A stretch of DNA of 64,000 nucleotides, taken from NCBI GenBank assembly GCA_965205975.1, contig OZ242195.1, positions 2,784,001 through 2,848,000 on the forward strand. Reading direction: 5' to 3'. The notes under the pieces were generated by a model. The model saw only the letters and a program-made list of their open reading frames with translations. It had not been told where the DNA came from and did not search any database. The translations under genes were made by a program, and so were the position numbers. Positions 36,512-47,147 of this stretch are shown piece by piece. The stretch comes from Candidatus Latescibacterota bacterium. Its GTDB lineage: Bacteria > Latescibacterota > UBA2968. Numbering within the stretch: the first letter of the stretch is position 1; each line of letters opens with the position of its first letter.

Positions 36512-38059
36512 TCACGCACCTGCCACCTCAAAGGCCGTTATGTTGCGAGTATCCTTGCTGAACTCTACCCCGATCAGATGGATCGGCCGATCCAGACCCC
36601 GATATTTGTCCGCGTATCCCTTCTCCTGCAACTGCGCCATCGCCGCTCCCTCAGACGCCAGTTCCACCACCTTGAACTCGAACAGGTAGATGTTATCGTT
36701 GAAGTGAACAGCCATATCCACACGCCCATGACTGCTGCTGTCTTCTACCGTAATATTGAGACCCAAGCCCGCGAAATAGGAATAGAACACGCTGGCATAG
36801 TAGCCTTCAAATTTGGCGATGTCGTTGTTGGTGTACCACTCATAAGGGATACTGGCAAAAAAGGCGTGGAATAAGGTCTCCATGCTGGCGAAGTCGTTGG
36901 CTTCGAGCAGGCGGTAGAGTTGCACGCTGTTCGCCATCTGCTCAGACGGGTCTTTTACCAGGTAGTCCAACAGGCTCTCGTTGAGGCTCTGGCGCACCTC
37001 ACGGTTGGGATAGCCCAGCCAGTAAAGGGACTTGCCGCCGAGGTTCTCCTCACTGGTAATGGTCAAGTACCCGGTCTGAAACAACAGAGCCTCAGTCGCG
37101 ATTTCATCCACATCAAAGGTCGATAGCAGGTCGTTACTGCCCATCATCTCATCGAGTTTCAGAGAACTGACACGGCGTTTGAACAGGGTTTCGATGAGGA
37201 ACGTGGGCGTGCCGGTCTCGAACCAGTAGGCTCCGAACTCGCGGCTGTCGAAGAGCAGGAGAATATCGAAGGGGTTATAGACCTTCTCCTCGCCTCGCCA
37301 GCTATAGCCATTGTACCAGTCGCGGATCTTCCCTCGATCCAAGCCGGGAAGCTCGGGCGCGAACACCGTGTCCAAATCCGCATCGGTATAGCCGCAAACA
37401 GCCGAGTAGCGCGTATCCAATGTGATATCCTTCAGATTGTTGAGGCCAGAGAACAGACTCACCTTGGAGAACTTGCTGACGCCTGTGAGGAATGTGAATT
37501 TGATATGGGCATCGCTGTCCTTGATGGTCGCGTAGAGACCGCGCAGAAAATCGCGGTTGTCGCGTGCAACCTCCGGTACATCCAAAGCATCAAGTATCGG
37601 CTTGTCGTATTCGTCAATGAGAACAGCCACGCGCTGCCCACCCTGCCGATGCAATACCCGAATCAGATCACTAAAGCACTCCGGTGTCGTATCGTAACGC
37701 GGCGCAATACCGGCTTCTTCCGCTATGGTGTGTAGTTGCGCCATCACATTCGCATGCAGGTAGCCCTCGTCTTTGAAATTGCCCCTGCCAAAGCTCAAAC
37801 GCACAACGGGATAGCGAACAGACCAGTCCCAGTGGTCGTGGATGTGAAGCTCTTCGAACAGCGGTTCATTGCCCTCGAACAGTTCCTTTAGCGTATCCAG
37901 AAATAGACTTTTGCCAAACCGACGTGGACGTGATAAAAAATAGTGCTTGCCCTGGTCGAGCAGCCTCCGAATATAGGCGGTCTTATCCACATAGTAGCAG
38001 TTATCCTCTCGCATCTCGCGAAAGGTCTGAATACCGATGGGCAGTCTGCGTTTGGTCAT
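36512..38059 (-). CDS. AAA-ATPase-like protein with C-terminal PD-(D/E)XK nuclease domain
   Basis: LPIGIQTF, YYVDKT, SRPRRFGKS, IDEYD, WFETGTP, GRVD...FEFK. Confidence 0.9.
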   Translation of the reverse strand: MTKRRLPIGIQTFREMREDNCYYVDKTAYIRRLLDQGKHYFLSRPRRFGKSLFLDTLKELFEGNEPLFEELHIHDHWDWSVRYPVVRLSFGRGNFKDEGYLHANVMAQLHTIAEEAGIAPRYDTTPECFSDLIRVLHRQGGQRVAVLIDEYDKPILDALDVPEVARDNRDFLRGLYATIKDSDAHIKFTFLTGVSKFSKVSLFSGLNNLKDITLDTRYSAVCGYTDADLDTVFAPELPGLDRGKIRDWYNGYSWRGEEKVYNPFDILLLFDSREFGAYWFETGTPTFLIETLFKRRVSSLKLDEMMGSNDLLSTFDVDEIATEALLFQTGYLTITSEENLGGKSLYWLGYPNREVRQSLNESLLDYLVKDPSEQMANSVQLYRLLEANDFASMETLFHAFFASIPYEWYTNNDIAKFEGYYASVFYSYFAGLGLNITVEDSSSHGRVDMAVHFNDNIYLFEFKVVELASEGAAMAQLQEKGYADKYRGLDRPIHLIGVEFSKDTRNITAFEVAGA

Positions 38060-38123
38060 ATTATGCACCTTTGTCTTTACATCTCATCCAAAAGCGATTC
38101 TGTTATTTTTTGTTCTTTGGCAT

Positions 38124-39236
38124 TCATCTAAGCATTTTCTGCCGTGTGCGGTCGATTTCCGCAGCCAGGAGTTCCTCGTCGGGTAGCGTGGTTCGATACT
38201 CTGCGGCCATCACTTTGTTCGATAATCCTTCGAGCGAGTACCGGGCAACTGCTTCATCTTTCTGCGAGCAGAGAATCAGCCCTACCGGCGGGTTTTCATC
38301 CTCGTGCGTCCAGTGTTCCCGTGCATAGTTGAGATAGAGGTTCATTTGTCCAGCGTCGGCGTGCGTGAATTTTCCGAGTTTCAAGTCAATGACCACCAGA
38401 CACCGCAGACGACGATGATAAAACAGCAAATCTATCCGATACCATTCGTCGCCAACACGCAGACGTTTTTGCCTGCCCATGAAGCAGAAATCCTCTCCCA
38501 ATTCCATGAGAAAAGTTTCCAGGTGCTTGATTAACGCATCTTCCAAATCGCTTTCGGAGTATTCGTCCTTGAGATCGAGAAATTCGAGAACGAATGGGTC
38601 TTTGATTTCCTCTTCGGGGAGAACGCGGTCTTCTGGCTGTGCCTTCTGGCCTTTGGTCAGCATGGCGGCTTTGTTCTTTGAAAGTGCCGTGCGCTCGTAG
38701 AACTGGGAGTTGATCTGTCGGTTGAGCTGGCTAATCGACCACCCTCCGCGCAGGGCCTCGGTTTCGTAGAACTCACGGGCGTTTATGTTCTTGATCGAAA
38801 GCAGTCGTACATAAGCGGACCACGGAAGAGGAAAGCGTGAGGCGATACTGGCCAAAGAAGATTCCGCTGATGTCTCCGGCATATTCTCTGTATCTCCCAA
38901 TTTTTCAGACGGCATCTGAAAAATTCGTTCGGATGGCCATAACAGATAGAATCTCCTCATCTGGCTCAGATTGACCGCTCCGAAGCCTCGGCCAAACCGC
39001 TGCGTCAAATCCTCTGCCAGCCTTTTAATGAGCGCGGTTCCGTATTCGGCTCTCTCCTCACCTGACTGCTCGAACTCCACGATGTGCTGCCCGATCATCC
39101 AATACGCAGCGGTCATGACAGCGTTTATTGAACGCGCAGCCGTTTGCCTTGCCTCGTCGATAATACTGGATACATCCCCAAAGATGGACTGGTACTGGGC
39201 ATCAAGCGCGTCAGTTTTGACTATTGGCTTTTTCAT
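38124..39236 (-). CDS. yhcG: YhcG/DUF1016 PD-(D/E)XK family protein
   Basis: AYWMIG, LPWSAY, KDPFVLEFL, IDLLFYHRRL, DLK, GQMNLY. Confidence 0.9.
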   Translation of the reverse strand: MKKPIVKTDALDAQYQSIFGDVSSIIDEARQTAARSINAVMTAAYWMIGQHIVEFEQSGEERAEYGTALIKRLAEDLTQRFGRGFGAVNLSQMRRFYLLWPSERIFQMPSEKLGDTENMPETSAESSLASIASRFPLPWSAYVRLLSIKNINAREFYETEALRGGWSISQLNRQINSQFYERTALSKNKAAMLTKGQKAQPEDRVLPEEEIKDPFVLEFLDLKDEYSESDLEDALIKHLETFLMELGEDFCFMGRQKRLRVGDEWYRIDLLFYHRRLRCLVVIDLKLGKFTHADAGQMNLYLNYAREHWTHEDENPPVGLILCSQKDEAVARYSLEGLSNKVMAAEYRTTLPDEELLAAEIDRTRQKMLR

Positions 39237-39317
39237 GGTGGGGTTCCTTCACTTTGCAGGCATTTCGGCCTATCTGTACATCTACAAAGCGTTGTCATGC
39301 TTCGCGTCCATTCACGA

Positions 39318-40268
39318 TCACCGGGTCCGCGTTTTTTTACGTGCGAAGGCATCTAACTCATGCCGAACGGTTGAACTACTGGCGTAGTTGTACCCCGCTC
39401 GACCAGACAGTTCGGCATAGCGTTGGGTGGTCTGCAAATTGCGATGACCGAGTAGCTGGCGCACCGTGCCAACCCCCACACCGCTATTCACTAGCTCCGT
39501 CGCGGCCGTATGCCGAAGCTGGTGGATCTCGCATTTGACCCCGACCTCCTCGCGCAGCTTTGTCCATTGATGAAGTGCTGCCCGATAACTCATGCGCTGA
39601 TCTTTGTATTTTCCGGTCCTGAAAAGCGGTCCCGAAGTTAAATCTTCATTGCGAAGATACGCGCGCAACAGTTTCAGGCTTTCAAACTCAAAGGGCAACG
39701 GGATCTCGCGTTCGTATTCCCCTTTGCCTCTAAACCGAATACCCTCTTGTCCGGCACTCAGGACAATATCCTCAACGTAAATCCCCAGTGCCTCATTGAT
39801 CCGGATCCCGGTTTCGGCCAACAGGGTGAAGAGCAGGCGTTCCCGCGGTTTTGACTTCCGAATCGCCTGCATCAACCGCTCCAGGTCTTTCCTGTGGATC
39901 GGCCGCGGCAACCCGGGTGTAACTTTTGGCGGGCGGAACTTTCCCATGGGATTGACGGCAATCAGATCGTGCCGATAACACCACTCGAAAAAGGTCTTTA
40001 ATGCGGAATGATGCCGCGCACGGGTCGCTGGGGCAACATTCTGGAGTGAGCCCAGGTAAGAGCGGATCAACACGATGTCTAAAGGTCTCCCCTGCTCGAC
40101 TATGAACTTCTGAAATCGACTGAGGTCTGAGCGGTAATTCTTGATGGTGTGCTGCGATCGACGCGAGATTTCCAGGTCCATCAGGAAGTCTTCGATCAGG
40201 GTTTTCAACTGGTCATCGGCCTGCGCGGGCAGGACGGTATCAACGGTTTCAACAGCTAAATCGGCCAT
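39318..40268 (-). CDS. XerC/D-like tyrosine recombinase/integrase
   Basis: N-terminal SAM-like domain (SQHTIKNYRSDL); GIRINE, GKG, HQLRH, LGH, TQRY. Confidence 0.92.
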   Translation of the reverse strand: MADLAVETVDTVLPAQADDQLKTLIEDFLMDLEISRRSQHTIKNYRSDLSRFQKFIVEQGRPLDIVLIRSYLGSLQNVAPATRARHHSALKTFFEWCYRHDLIAVNPMGKFRPPKVTPGLPRPIHRKDLERLMQAIRKSKPRERLLFTLLAETGIRINEALGIYVEDIVLSAGQEGIRFRGKGEYEREIPLPFEFESLKLLRAYLRNEDLTSGPLFRTGKYKDQRMSYRAALHQWTKLREEVGVKCEIHQLRHTAATELVNSGVGVGTVRQLLGHRNLQTTQRYAELSGRAGYNYASSSTVRHELDAFARKKTRTR

Positions 40269-40280
40269 GTTTCCCCTTTT

Positions 40281-40387
40281 TTGGCGTATAATGATAAATG
40301 AGTAGATTGCAATTATCTGCAATTTACTCGAAAAAACAGGGGTTTGCAATAGCAATTTGGCGTATAAAGATTATTATACGCCAAATT
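40281..40387. other. Recombination/operator site: palindrome with 6-bp spacer plus an extra direct repeat
   Basis: AATTTGGCGTATAA-AGATTA-TTATACGCCAAATT (40354-40387); second TTGGCGTATAA at 40281-40291. Confidence 0.75.
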
Positions 40388-40677
40388 TAACCCCTTCAAA
40401 ATGTCTCAAGACGAGGATCCAAAACGCACTTGCACACTTTCGCATCATATCCGTATATTGATGAACCGAACTGGTGCGTGAATGACGTAGTGCAGCGCAA
40501 GTTCAGCGGTTGCTCCAAAAGCAATGCAACGCTATCTTGGTGACGGATATCGGACGTATTTCTCTGAGTTACAAAACTCACACATAGGGAAAATATCAAT
40601 GACAGAGGAAACAAATGGTAAGATTGCCAAAATGAGGAAAACCTGCTGGGAAAATGCACTTAAGGCATTTGGTACTA

Positions 40678-42118
40678 GTGGGTCATTTGCTTTGGTTATA
40701 GCCAATGCGTAATTTTAGATATATCTTTATGCATCAGCAAGAGCTTTCACATTTTCGTCTTTATCGTGGAGGTATAATGGCCCGAAGGCAAAATAACCCC
40801 CTGCGTATTTTAACAGCAGAAGAACGCACCACCCTGTATGCCATCAGCCGTAGTTTAACACAACCGGCTGCCCCTGTTGCGCGTGCCAAAGCCTTACTGG
40901 CCGTATCCGAAGGGCATTCGTTTAGTGAAGCGGCTCGAAGGGCAGGTCGTCGCAGTGGTGATGCCGTCAGTCAGTTAGTCGCCCGCTTTAATCAAGAAGG
41001 GATAGCAGCCATAGAACCCCGATACGGGGGTGGACGACAAGTGATCTATACAGAAAAAGAACGCCAACGTATTCTTTGTGAGATAAACCGTGTGCCAGAT
41101 CGCATACAGGATGGGACAGCAACCTGGTCGCTTTCGACGCTTCAAGCAGCACTGAGAAAAGCCCCTGATGGGTTGCCCAATGTCAGCACCTATACGATTT
41201 GGACCGTATTGCATGACGCGGGCTGGACCTATCAAAAGGATCGGACATGGTGTATGACTGGTCAAGTGGTACGTAAGCGAAAAACAGGTGTGGTCACCGT
41301 GACTGATCCGGATGCACAAGCAAAAAAAAAAGCTCATTGAGAAAGCCTACACGCTCGGTGAAAAAATGGGGCTATCCGTCTGGTGTGAGGATGAAGCCGG
41401 TCCCTTTCAAACCATCCCTTACCCCGGACAGCGCTGGCATCCTGAAGGGCGACCCCATCGTTTGCCACACGAGTATGTTCGATCAGGTACAGCCAAGCTG
41501 ATGACGCTGTTCCATCCCAAAACAGGTCGCCTGCGTGTGCGGGGAACCACAAGCACAGCCAATCAGGTTTTGCACCCCTGGCTGAAAGAAGAACTCACCG
41601 CGATCCTGAAAGGCTTACCAAAGGTAAAAAAGACGCATAAAGCAAAGCAGAATCGCGCATTATGGCAGACCTGGCAAGCGGGATTAGAGATGCCTATAAC
41701 CCTGCCTGAAGACCTCCCGCCATTGCGCCTGCTACTTGTGATGGATAACTTGAAAGGACATCACACGACATCGTTGATCTTATGGCTATTCTCTCAAGGG
41801 GTTATGCCGCTTTATACCCCCCTTGGCGGATCTTGGTTAAATATGACAGAGTCCATACAGCGCATCTTGAAACGGCGAGGACTGGACGGACACTATCCCC
41901 AAACACCTGAGCAAATCATCGACTGGTTGGAAGCCACTGCTGCGGGATGGAATGGTAATCCAACGCCTTTCGAGTGGGGTGGTAAAAGAGCAAAACGACG
42001 ACAGCACAGCAGAGATAGACGCTATGCCATAGGCGGATCAAGGGCCTTCACCAGATCACCTTTGAGACGGTCTAAATCTGCACTCTATCAATGGCAACGC
42101 GCATACCAAATGACCCAC
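40678..42118 (+). mobile_element. IS630-family insertion sequence
   Basis: 12-bp terminal IRs GTGGGTCATTTG / CAAATGACCCAC; TA duplication at 40676-77 and 42119-20. Confidence 0.92.
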
Positions 42119-42121
42119 TAG
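40777..42121 (+). CDS. IS630 transposase, two frames joined at an A10 run (41322-41331)
   Basis: HTH orfA ends DPDAQAKKK; orfB has [20 protein letters not shown]; stop TAG uses the target TA. Confidence 0.88.
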
Positions 42122-42655
42122 TTGGATATTCGAACAACGAACGCATAAGTTTAGATTGCGCCTGAGAACGCTGACATTCTTAGGCATCGTCGTCCCAGCA
42201 TTTGTAGGTGGTGTGGTTGTTGCTTCTGGGGATAAGTATCTTTGGATTATTCTTACTATCGCTTCTATTCTTGGTCTTTTTCAGTTAGTAATGTCAATTT
42301 GGGCAGCCGCCGCAAAATGGGATGATGCATTTGCATATGCAACCGAATCGTTGACTTCAAATCAACAGCTATCAAATGCCTACAAAGATCTTGCATCCAA
42401 CCCTCCCAGTTCTGCTGCAGCTTTTAGACGCCAACTGAAACCAATCAATATCGAGAATAAGTACCGCGAAGCCCAAGATCTCAAACAAGGCATAACAGGC
42501 GCAGAGAAAAAGGCAGGTCTGCGTGCTGCACTAAGACAATTTCAATCTAAGTGTGTAGATTGTAGGAATGTACCAACATCAATGGAACCCACGGATTGTC
42601 CTATATGTGGCAAATTCAAAATTAGCCGTCTCTACAATGTGAAGGAGGCAAAAAG

Positions 42656-42856
42656 ATGACAAATCAGGGGAGAAAAGTAGTTGCTGGTTTTTATAGACTT
42701 AGCATATCAGATCGTGAAGAGGTTTTGACAGCAATACACAGGTACTGGAGGGCAAATATTGATGAAAAAAGGCAACTACGACATAGGATGGAAGAGGTGT
42801 TGGCTATAGATTTAGGGCCGCTTGATTCCGACAGGTGTCCGTGTTGTGGTAAGTGA
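42656..42856 (+). CDS. Small protein with C-terminal CPCCG, coupled to the CxxCx11CxxC gene
   Basis: ATGA overlap, AAGGAGG RBS, LGPLDSDRCPCCGK. Confidence 0.7.
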   Translation: MTNQGRKVVAGFYRLSISDREEVLTAIHRYWRANIDEKRQLRHRMEEVLAIDLGPLDSDRCPCCGK

Positions 42857-43005
42857 GGATTCATCCGTGAGGGATAGAGAAATTTCTTACTTCAACCCTG
42901 CAGGTAATGACCGCGTGCGTTGATCAATGGTCTGGGGGCATCGAGTTCGCCATCTCCAACGTCCAATTTGCACGATATTTGTTGCCAACGTCAATGCCCA
43001 CCATT

Positions 43006-43945
43006 TTACTTGTGCGGTCCGTCCCCAATACGAGCAGAAATACGCGCTGCAAGCCTCTGCCGCAATTCCTCCGGATTTTTCCAAACAATGTGATTGTACT
43101 GGCGTGTATCGAAATGGACATGTTTCAAAGCATCCTTTCTACAGGTAAAAAATACCTCGATACCAAGCCCATGTGCAAAGCCAGCTTCGTAATAGACACC
43201 CCCGCGCTCCGTCATCTCCCTGGGTGAAATCAGCGACAACAAAACGAGACCGCCTGATTTCGGCAATAATCTCGTCGTCTATCTTGTTGGTATGTTCTTT
43301 TTCATCGATTCGGACTGCTTCGTATCCTGCATCTTCGATTCCGAGTTTAATACCTTCTTCCCACGCTTTTTGGGTGGATTCATCAAACCACATGGCCACA
43401 AAACCTTTTGATGATTCGGCATTCGCTGTCTCAAGTTCTGCAAGTCGAGCGTATCCCTCGACTGTTATGGTGTATATATGATAATTTCCTTTTTCTACTA
43501 CCCAACGCTCCTCTTTCAAATAATTTAATAGATACCACACTTCATTCTCACTGACAGATTCCGACCAAGCTGCTACAGCTATGTTGGACATCTCTGAGGA
43601 CGAAAAATCAACTCTTTGACCGATCTCTACAGTTTGATCTCCAATGTACTGGAGAAGTCGGTCTGCACGCTCGTGGACGGACAAATCCCTTTTTTCTTCC
43701 GCCATCGTGATCGTGTTACTGTCTATTTCAGGACAATTGACGCCCAATCGCCGTTGATCGACCAACCACGAGGTCAAGCGTGCCTTGCCGCGTTCATCGA
43801 TCCGTGGCAAGCATCCAATAGCTGTTCCAGAAATGAAGTACTTACCGCCCGCCCGAGGCGAATCCACCAATTTTCCATGGCGACCATCTGTAGATTCTTC
43901 GGAAGCCGGTGTACCCCAGATTGGACAGAGTGATTCCTGGTTCAT
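43006..43945 (-). pseudogene. Nucleoside 2-deoxyribosyltransferase/TIR-like domain protein, frameshifted at ~43200
   Basis: FVAMWF...IDDEIIAEIRRSRFVVADFT..GARG continues in another frame as GVYYEAGFAHGLG..HFDTRQYNHI; break lies in a G5 run. Confidence 0.8.
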
Positions 43946-44011
43946 GTTTTCACATCCTCGTTTTAATATTTGAAGAGTTTATCACCCTTTTCTCTGCCTA
44001 AATTGGAGCGC

Positions 44012-44034
44012 AAAAAAACCGGCAAAAGCCGGTT
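44012..44034 (-). terminator. Intrinsic terminator after res
   Basis: Minus strand reads AACCGGC-TTTT-GCCGGTTTTTTT. Confidence 0.75.
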
Positions 44035-44063
44035 GGGGTTGGTCTGGCGAAAATTAACTTAAA

Positions 44064-47000
44064 TTATGGCACAGCATCTCCACTGAGTGCGTGTGTGATG
44101 ACCTGTTGAAGACATTCTTTCTCGTTCAGGAAGTAAACACCATCCTTTTTCCACTCACTCGCACGACGACCGCCATCATCAATCTCCGAAGCTGGTGTGA
44201 CGGACAGAATATAGGCTCGCAGATACAGATCCGGGTCGTTCTCGCGCACCCGCTCTTCTATTTCCGCGATCTCGTGATGCAGTTGCACTTTTCTGCGCTC
44301 CCTTTGGCCGAACCTGCTTAAGCCTTTGGGGTCGAGAAATAGAACGTGCTGTTGGTCGTCGTCTTTCAACCAGACGATAAAGTCCGGGTAATAACCGAAG
44401 TCGTCGAAAAAGGACACGCCTCGACCGCGCGTCAGATTGCGAATCAGAAACAACTCTTTACCTTGCAGGCATGGGTCGCCGTTCTGGATCAGCTTTTCCA
44501 GCCCCTCGACAACGCGCTTCTCGTTTACATCCAAGGGAACGGGTTGGACCGTAACGATGCGATCTTTTCGGGCATGTAGTAGTGGCTGATACGCATGAGA
44601 CTGTGAACAGATAACACCGATTCTCAAGCTCTCATACCAGTTTTGTAACTCTTCGTACTGGCGTTCGCGGATGTTGTACGCCAGCTCACCCGCGTCCTTG
44701 ACCAACTGATCTTCGGTCACATCCACGGATAGCTCGTAGCTTATGACATTATTTGGGTCGTCCTCATCCAGCGTGACGACCTCAAGCTCGCCGTGTTCCC
44801 AGCGCCTGCGCTTCTTGCGCCAGAAGTCATCGGCGTACTCAGTGATCAGATCAAGGGCGATGTTTTCCAGTCCACGCATCTGCGCGAATCCGATGGGATT
44901 CAATCGATCTGGCGGCATATGGAGTTCGTACCAGTCATTGCTCTGCAATAGCTGCTCCACCGTCCGCTGCTCAATAACCAGATTGTGCCAGCCTTTTTGC
45001 TGCTTGCACGACAACAGACGCTCGTAAATGCGGGCTGTGTTGAAAAAGGCAGCATGCGGCCTGAGATCGACCGCATTTTGTCTCGTTTCTTCGCTGAACG
45101 CAGTGCCGTCGGATGCAACGGATTGAAGCTTCGAGTACAGATCCAGCTTTACAGGGGGGCTGCCGTCATCCCCTGGACCCGGCAAGATGGGACGCTCAGC
45201 GGAAAGATGGTATTTTCGATCATCCTTGAGTCGGATCAGCTTCAGGTCTGTCTTCCTGGCAAAATTCCAGGTGGTGGGCAAGCTAAATGTCTCTTGTTCG
45301 GCGCGCATCCCTTCCTTTTCCAGAAGATCCCGGAAGGTCTGCATGTAGTTGGCACGTAGCCCAAAGATGTATAGCTTCTCCAATTCTGCCAGTTCATCGC
45401 TATCCGCTGGCAGTTCCCCTTCGATTTCGCGGTGCCGCTTCAGGCTCATGTTATAGCCCTTCAGGCGTACGCCGCGTCCGAACATCTGGATGATTTCAGG
45501 ACCTTCGTTCACACCGACGTGCATCAGCCCCATCGTACTCACGCGCCATGAGTTCCAGCCCGCGATGAAGCGACGTGCGCCGATGACGATATTCACGGTT
45601 GAGTCCTGACGATCTACGTCGGCGAATAGCCGCGCGGCAAAGCCCAGTTCTCGATCAACGTCGAAATCGGGGTTAGAATTTTCCGTGAGCAGGCTGTAGA
45701 GCTTCGTCGAGTCCCCGACATTGACCACGCCAAAAGGGTCATTGTCCGCGGTGCGAAGGTGTAACTCGCCCGCGCCCGCGGTCAGATAGACGACGTGCAG
45801 CCGTCCAGCTCCGTGAAACACAGTCTCACAGAGATCGTCGTAGAGGTCTTCCCCGCTCGGCAAATGAGAAAAGCGGCCAGAAAAGTAATCATTGCCGGTA
45901 CTGTCGAGCAATCCTGATTCTCCGGCTAACAGGCGTTGGATCATAGACCGCACGTCTTTCTCGTGGGCCAGCACCCAACCGAGAAAATCCAAGATGCTGA
46001 TGACATCGGACCGGGTCTCCTGGTCCGCTTTGCTCGATCCTGTCACCGTCTTGCCGAGAAACACCCACAGAGGTTTTGCCGGATTGAATGCTTTCCAAAA
46101 CGCTCCCTTGTCTCGCCAGATGCGGTATTGCTGGTAAAAGGTCAGCAGGCAACCCAGCAGGTACATGTTGCTGTTCTCGTCTTGCGCCCCGCCCGGCAGG
46201 TTCAGGATCGCGTAGTCTTTGCCGTAGCCATCTGCGTGAAACCGACGGTACGTATAGTCGAATAGCAGACACTTACCGTAGGCGTTCAGCAGGTCGGCAC
46301 TCTTTCCCGCTATCTGGTTAAAGGTCGCAGAATACTCAAAAGTAAAGCCACCGCTCGCCAATTCCCGGCGGCGTTCGCGCCAAGCATTGCCCGATGCGCC
46401 CAGATGCCCTTCATCAACCAGCACCAGATTGTCGTCGCCAAAATCCGTCACCGCAACGCGTTTCACGCCCGTTTTCTCAGCCAGCTTATTCAGGTCAATG
46501 ATCTCGACGGTCTGGAACAAATCAGAACTGGCCTCGCTGGAGAACAGCCGTGCCCCCAGACCGCTTTCCCGCATTTCGCGCTCGTGCTGCACAGACATCT
46601 GCTCATTCGGCGTCACCAGCACAATATTGTTTAGCTGTTTTCCCGCACGCTTTAGATAATGCTGGTATTGCAGAATATGGGCGTGCATGAGGAGCGTTTT
46701 TCCAGAGCCAGTCGCACTCTGGAAAGCGAGGGTGTGCAGGTCTTCTACTGTGTAGTCCGACATACCCGCAGTCGAACGATGACTGGCTTTTTCATGGTTC
46801 AGGTCGGCGCACAGGGCCTCGAGATCGTCGAAATAGCGGTGCAAATAATGTTCGGTGAACAACAGGGCAAGGTATTGGTGGGGTTTCCAGGTCCGTCCGT
46901 GTTCCTCTGTCATGCGAAGTCGCCGGCTGTGCTCCACGATGTTGGCATCGTATTCAGCAAACTGGCTGGCGGGAACGCGGGCGCGAGTGGGATGCGGACT

Positions 47001-47147
47001 CAGTGCCTGGGCATAGTCGCTCTCTCCTCCCGAGATGAGAACGCCCTGGGCATCGCGCAAGCGTTCGAGCATCCTGTCCATGTCGTCGTAGCCGAACTCC
47101 CGGCAGATAAAGCGATGCAGGGCGAGGCGACTTTGTAGGCGTGTCAT
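44064..47147 (-). CDS. res: Type III restriction endonuclease Res subunit
   Basis: ATGSGKT, DEGH, YSATF, QMFGRGVRL, YPDF...LDPKG. Confidence 0.9.
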   Translation of the reverse strand: MTRLQSRLALHRFICREFGYDDMDRMLERLRDAQGVLISGGESDYAQALSPHPTRARVPASQFAEYDANIVEHSRRLRMTEEHGRTWKPHQYLALLFTEHYLHRYFDDLEALCADLNHEKASHRSTAGMSDYTVEDLHTLAFQSATGSGKTLLMHAHILQYQHYLKRAGKQLNNIVLVTPNEQMSVQHEREMRESGLGARLFSSEASSDLFQTVEIIDLNKLAEKTGVKRVAVTDFGDDNLVLVDEGHLGASGNAWRERRRELASGGFTFEYSATFNQIAGKSADLLNAYGKCLLFDYTYRRFHADGYGKDYAILNLPGGAQDENSNMYLLGCLLTFYQQYRIWRDKGAFWKAFNPAKPLWVFLGKTVTGSSKADQETRSDVISILDFLGWVLAHEKDVRSMIQRLLAGESGLLDSTGNDYFSGRFSHLPSGEDLYDDLCETVFHGAGRLHVVYLTAGAGELHLRTADNDPFGVVNVGDSTKLYSLLTENSNPDFDVDRELGFAARLFADVDRQDSTVNIVIGARRFIAGWNSWRVSTMGLMHVGVNEGPEIIQMFGRGVRLKGYNMSLKRHREIEGELPADSDELAELEKLYIFGLRANYMQTFRDLLEKEGMRAEQETFSLPTTWNFARKTDLKLIRLKDDRKYHLSAERPILPGPGDDGSPPVKLDLYSKLQSVASDGTAFSEETRQNAVDLRPHAAFFNTARIYERLLSCKQQKGWHNLVIEQRTVEQLLQSNDWYELHMPPDRLNPIGFAQMRGLENIALDLITEYADDFWRKKRRRWEHGELEVVTLDEDDPNNVISYELSVDVTEDQLVKDAGELAYNIRERQYEELQNWYESLRIGVICSQSHAYQPLLHARKDRIVTVQPVPLDVNEKRVVEGLEKLIQNGDPCLQGKELFLIRNLTRGRGVSFFDDFGYYPDFIVWLKDDDQQHVLFLDPKGLSRFGQRERRKVQLHHEIAEIEERVRENDPDLYLRAYILSVTPASEIDDGGRRASEWKKDGVYFLNEKECLQQVITHALSGDAVP

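Larger units (their letters stand above)
40599..42659 (+). pseudogene. Mobilome CxxCx(11)CxxC membrane protein gene interrupted by IS630
   Basis: Removing the IS rejoins ...[18 protein letters not shown]...FLGIVVP in frame; C-terminal CVDC-x11-CPIC. Confidence 0.85.

Noticed and set aside
36140..36515. Second functional integrase gene
   Set aside because: Only the C-terminal fragment is present; the first catalytic Arg and Lys are missing.
39318..43945. Integron with cassettes
   Set aside because: I see no IntI-specific insertion in the recombinase and no repeated attC-like sites.
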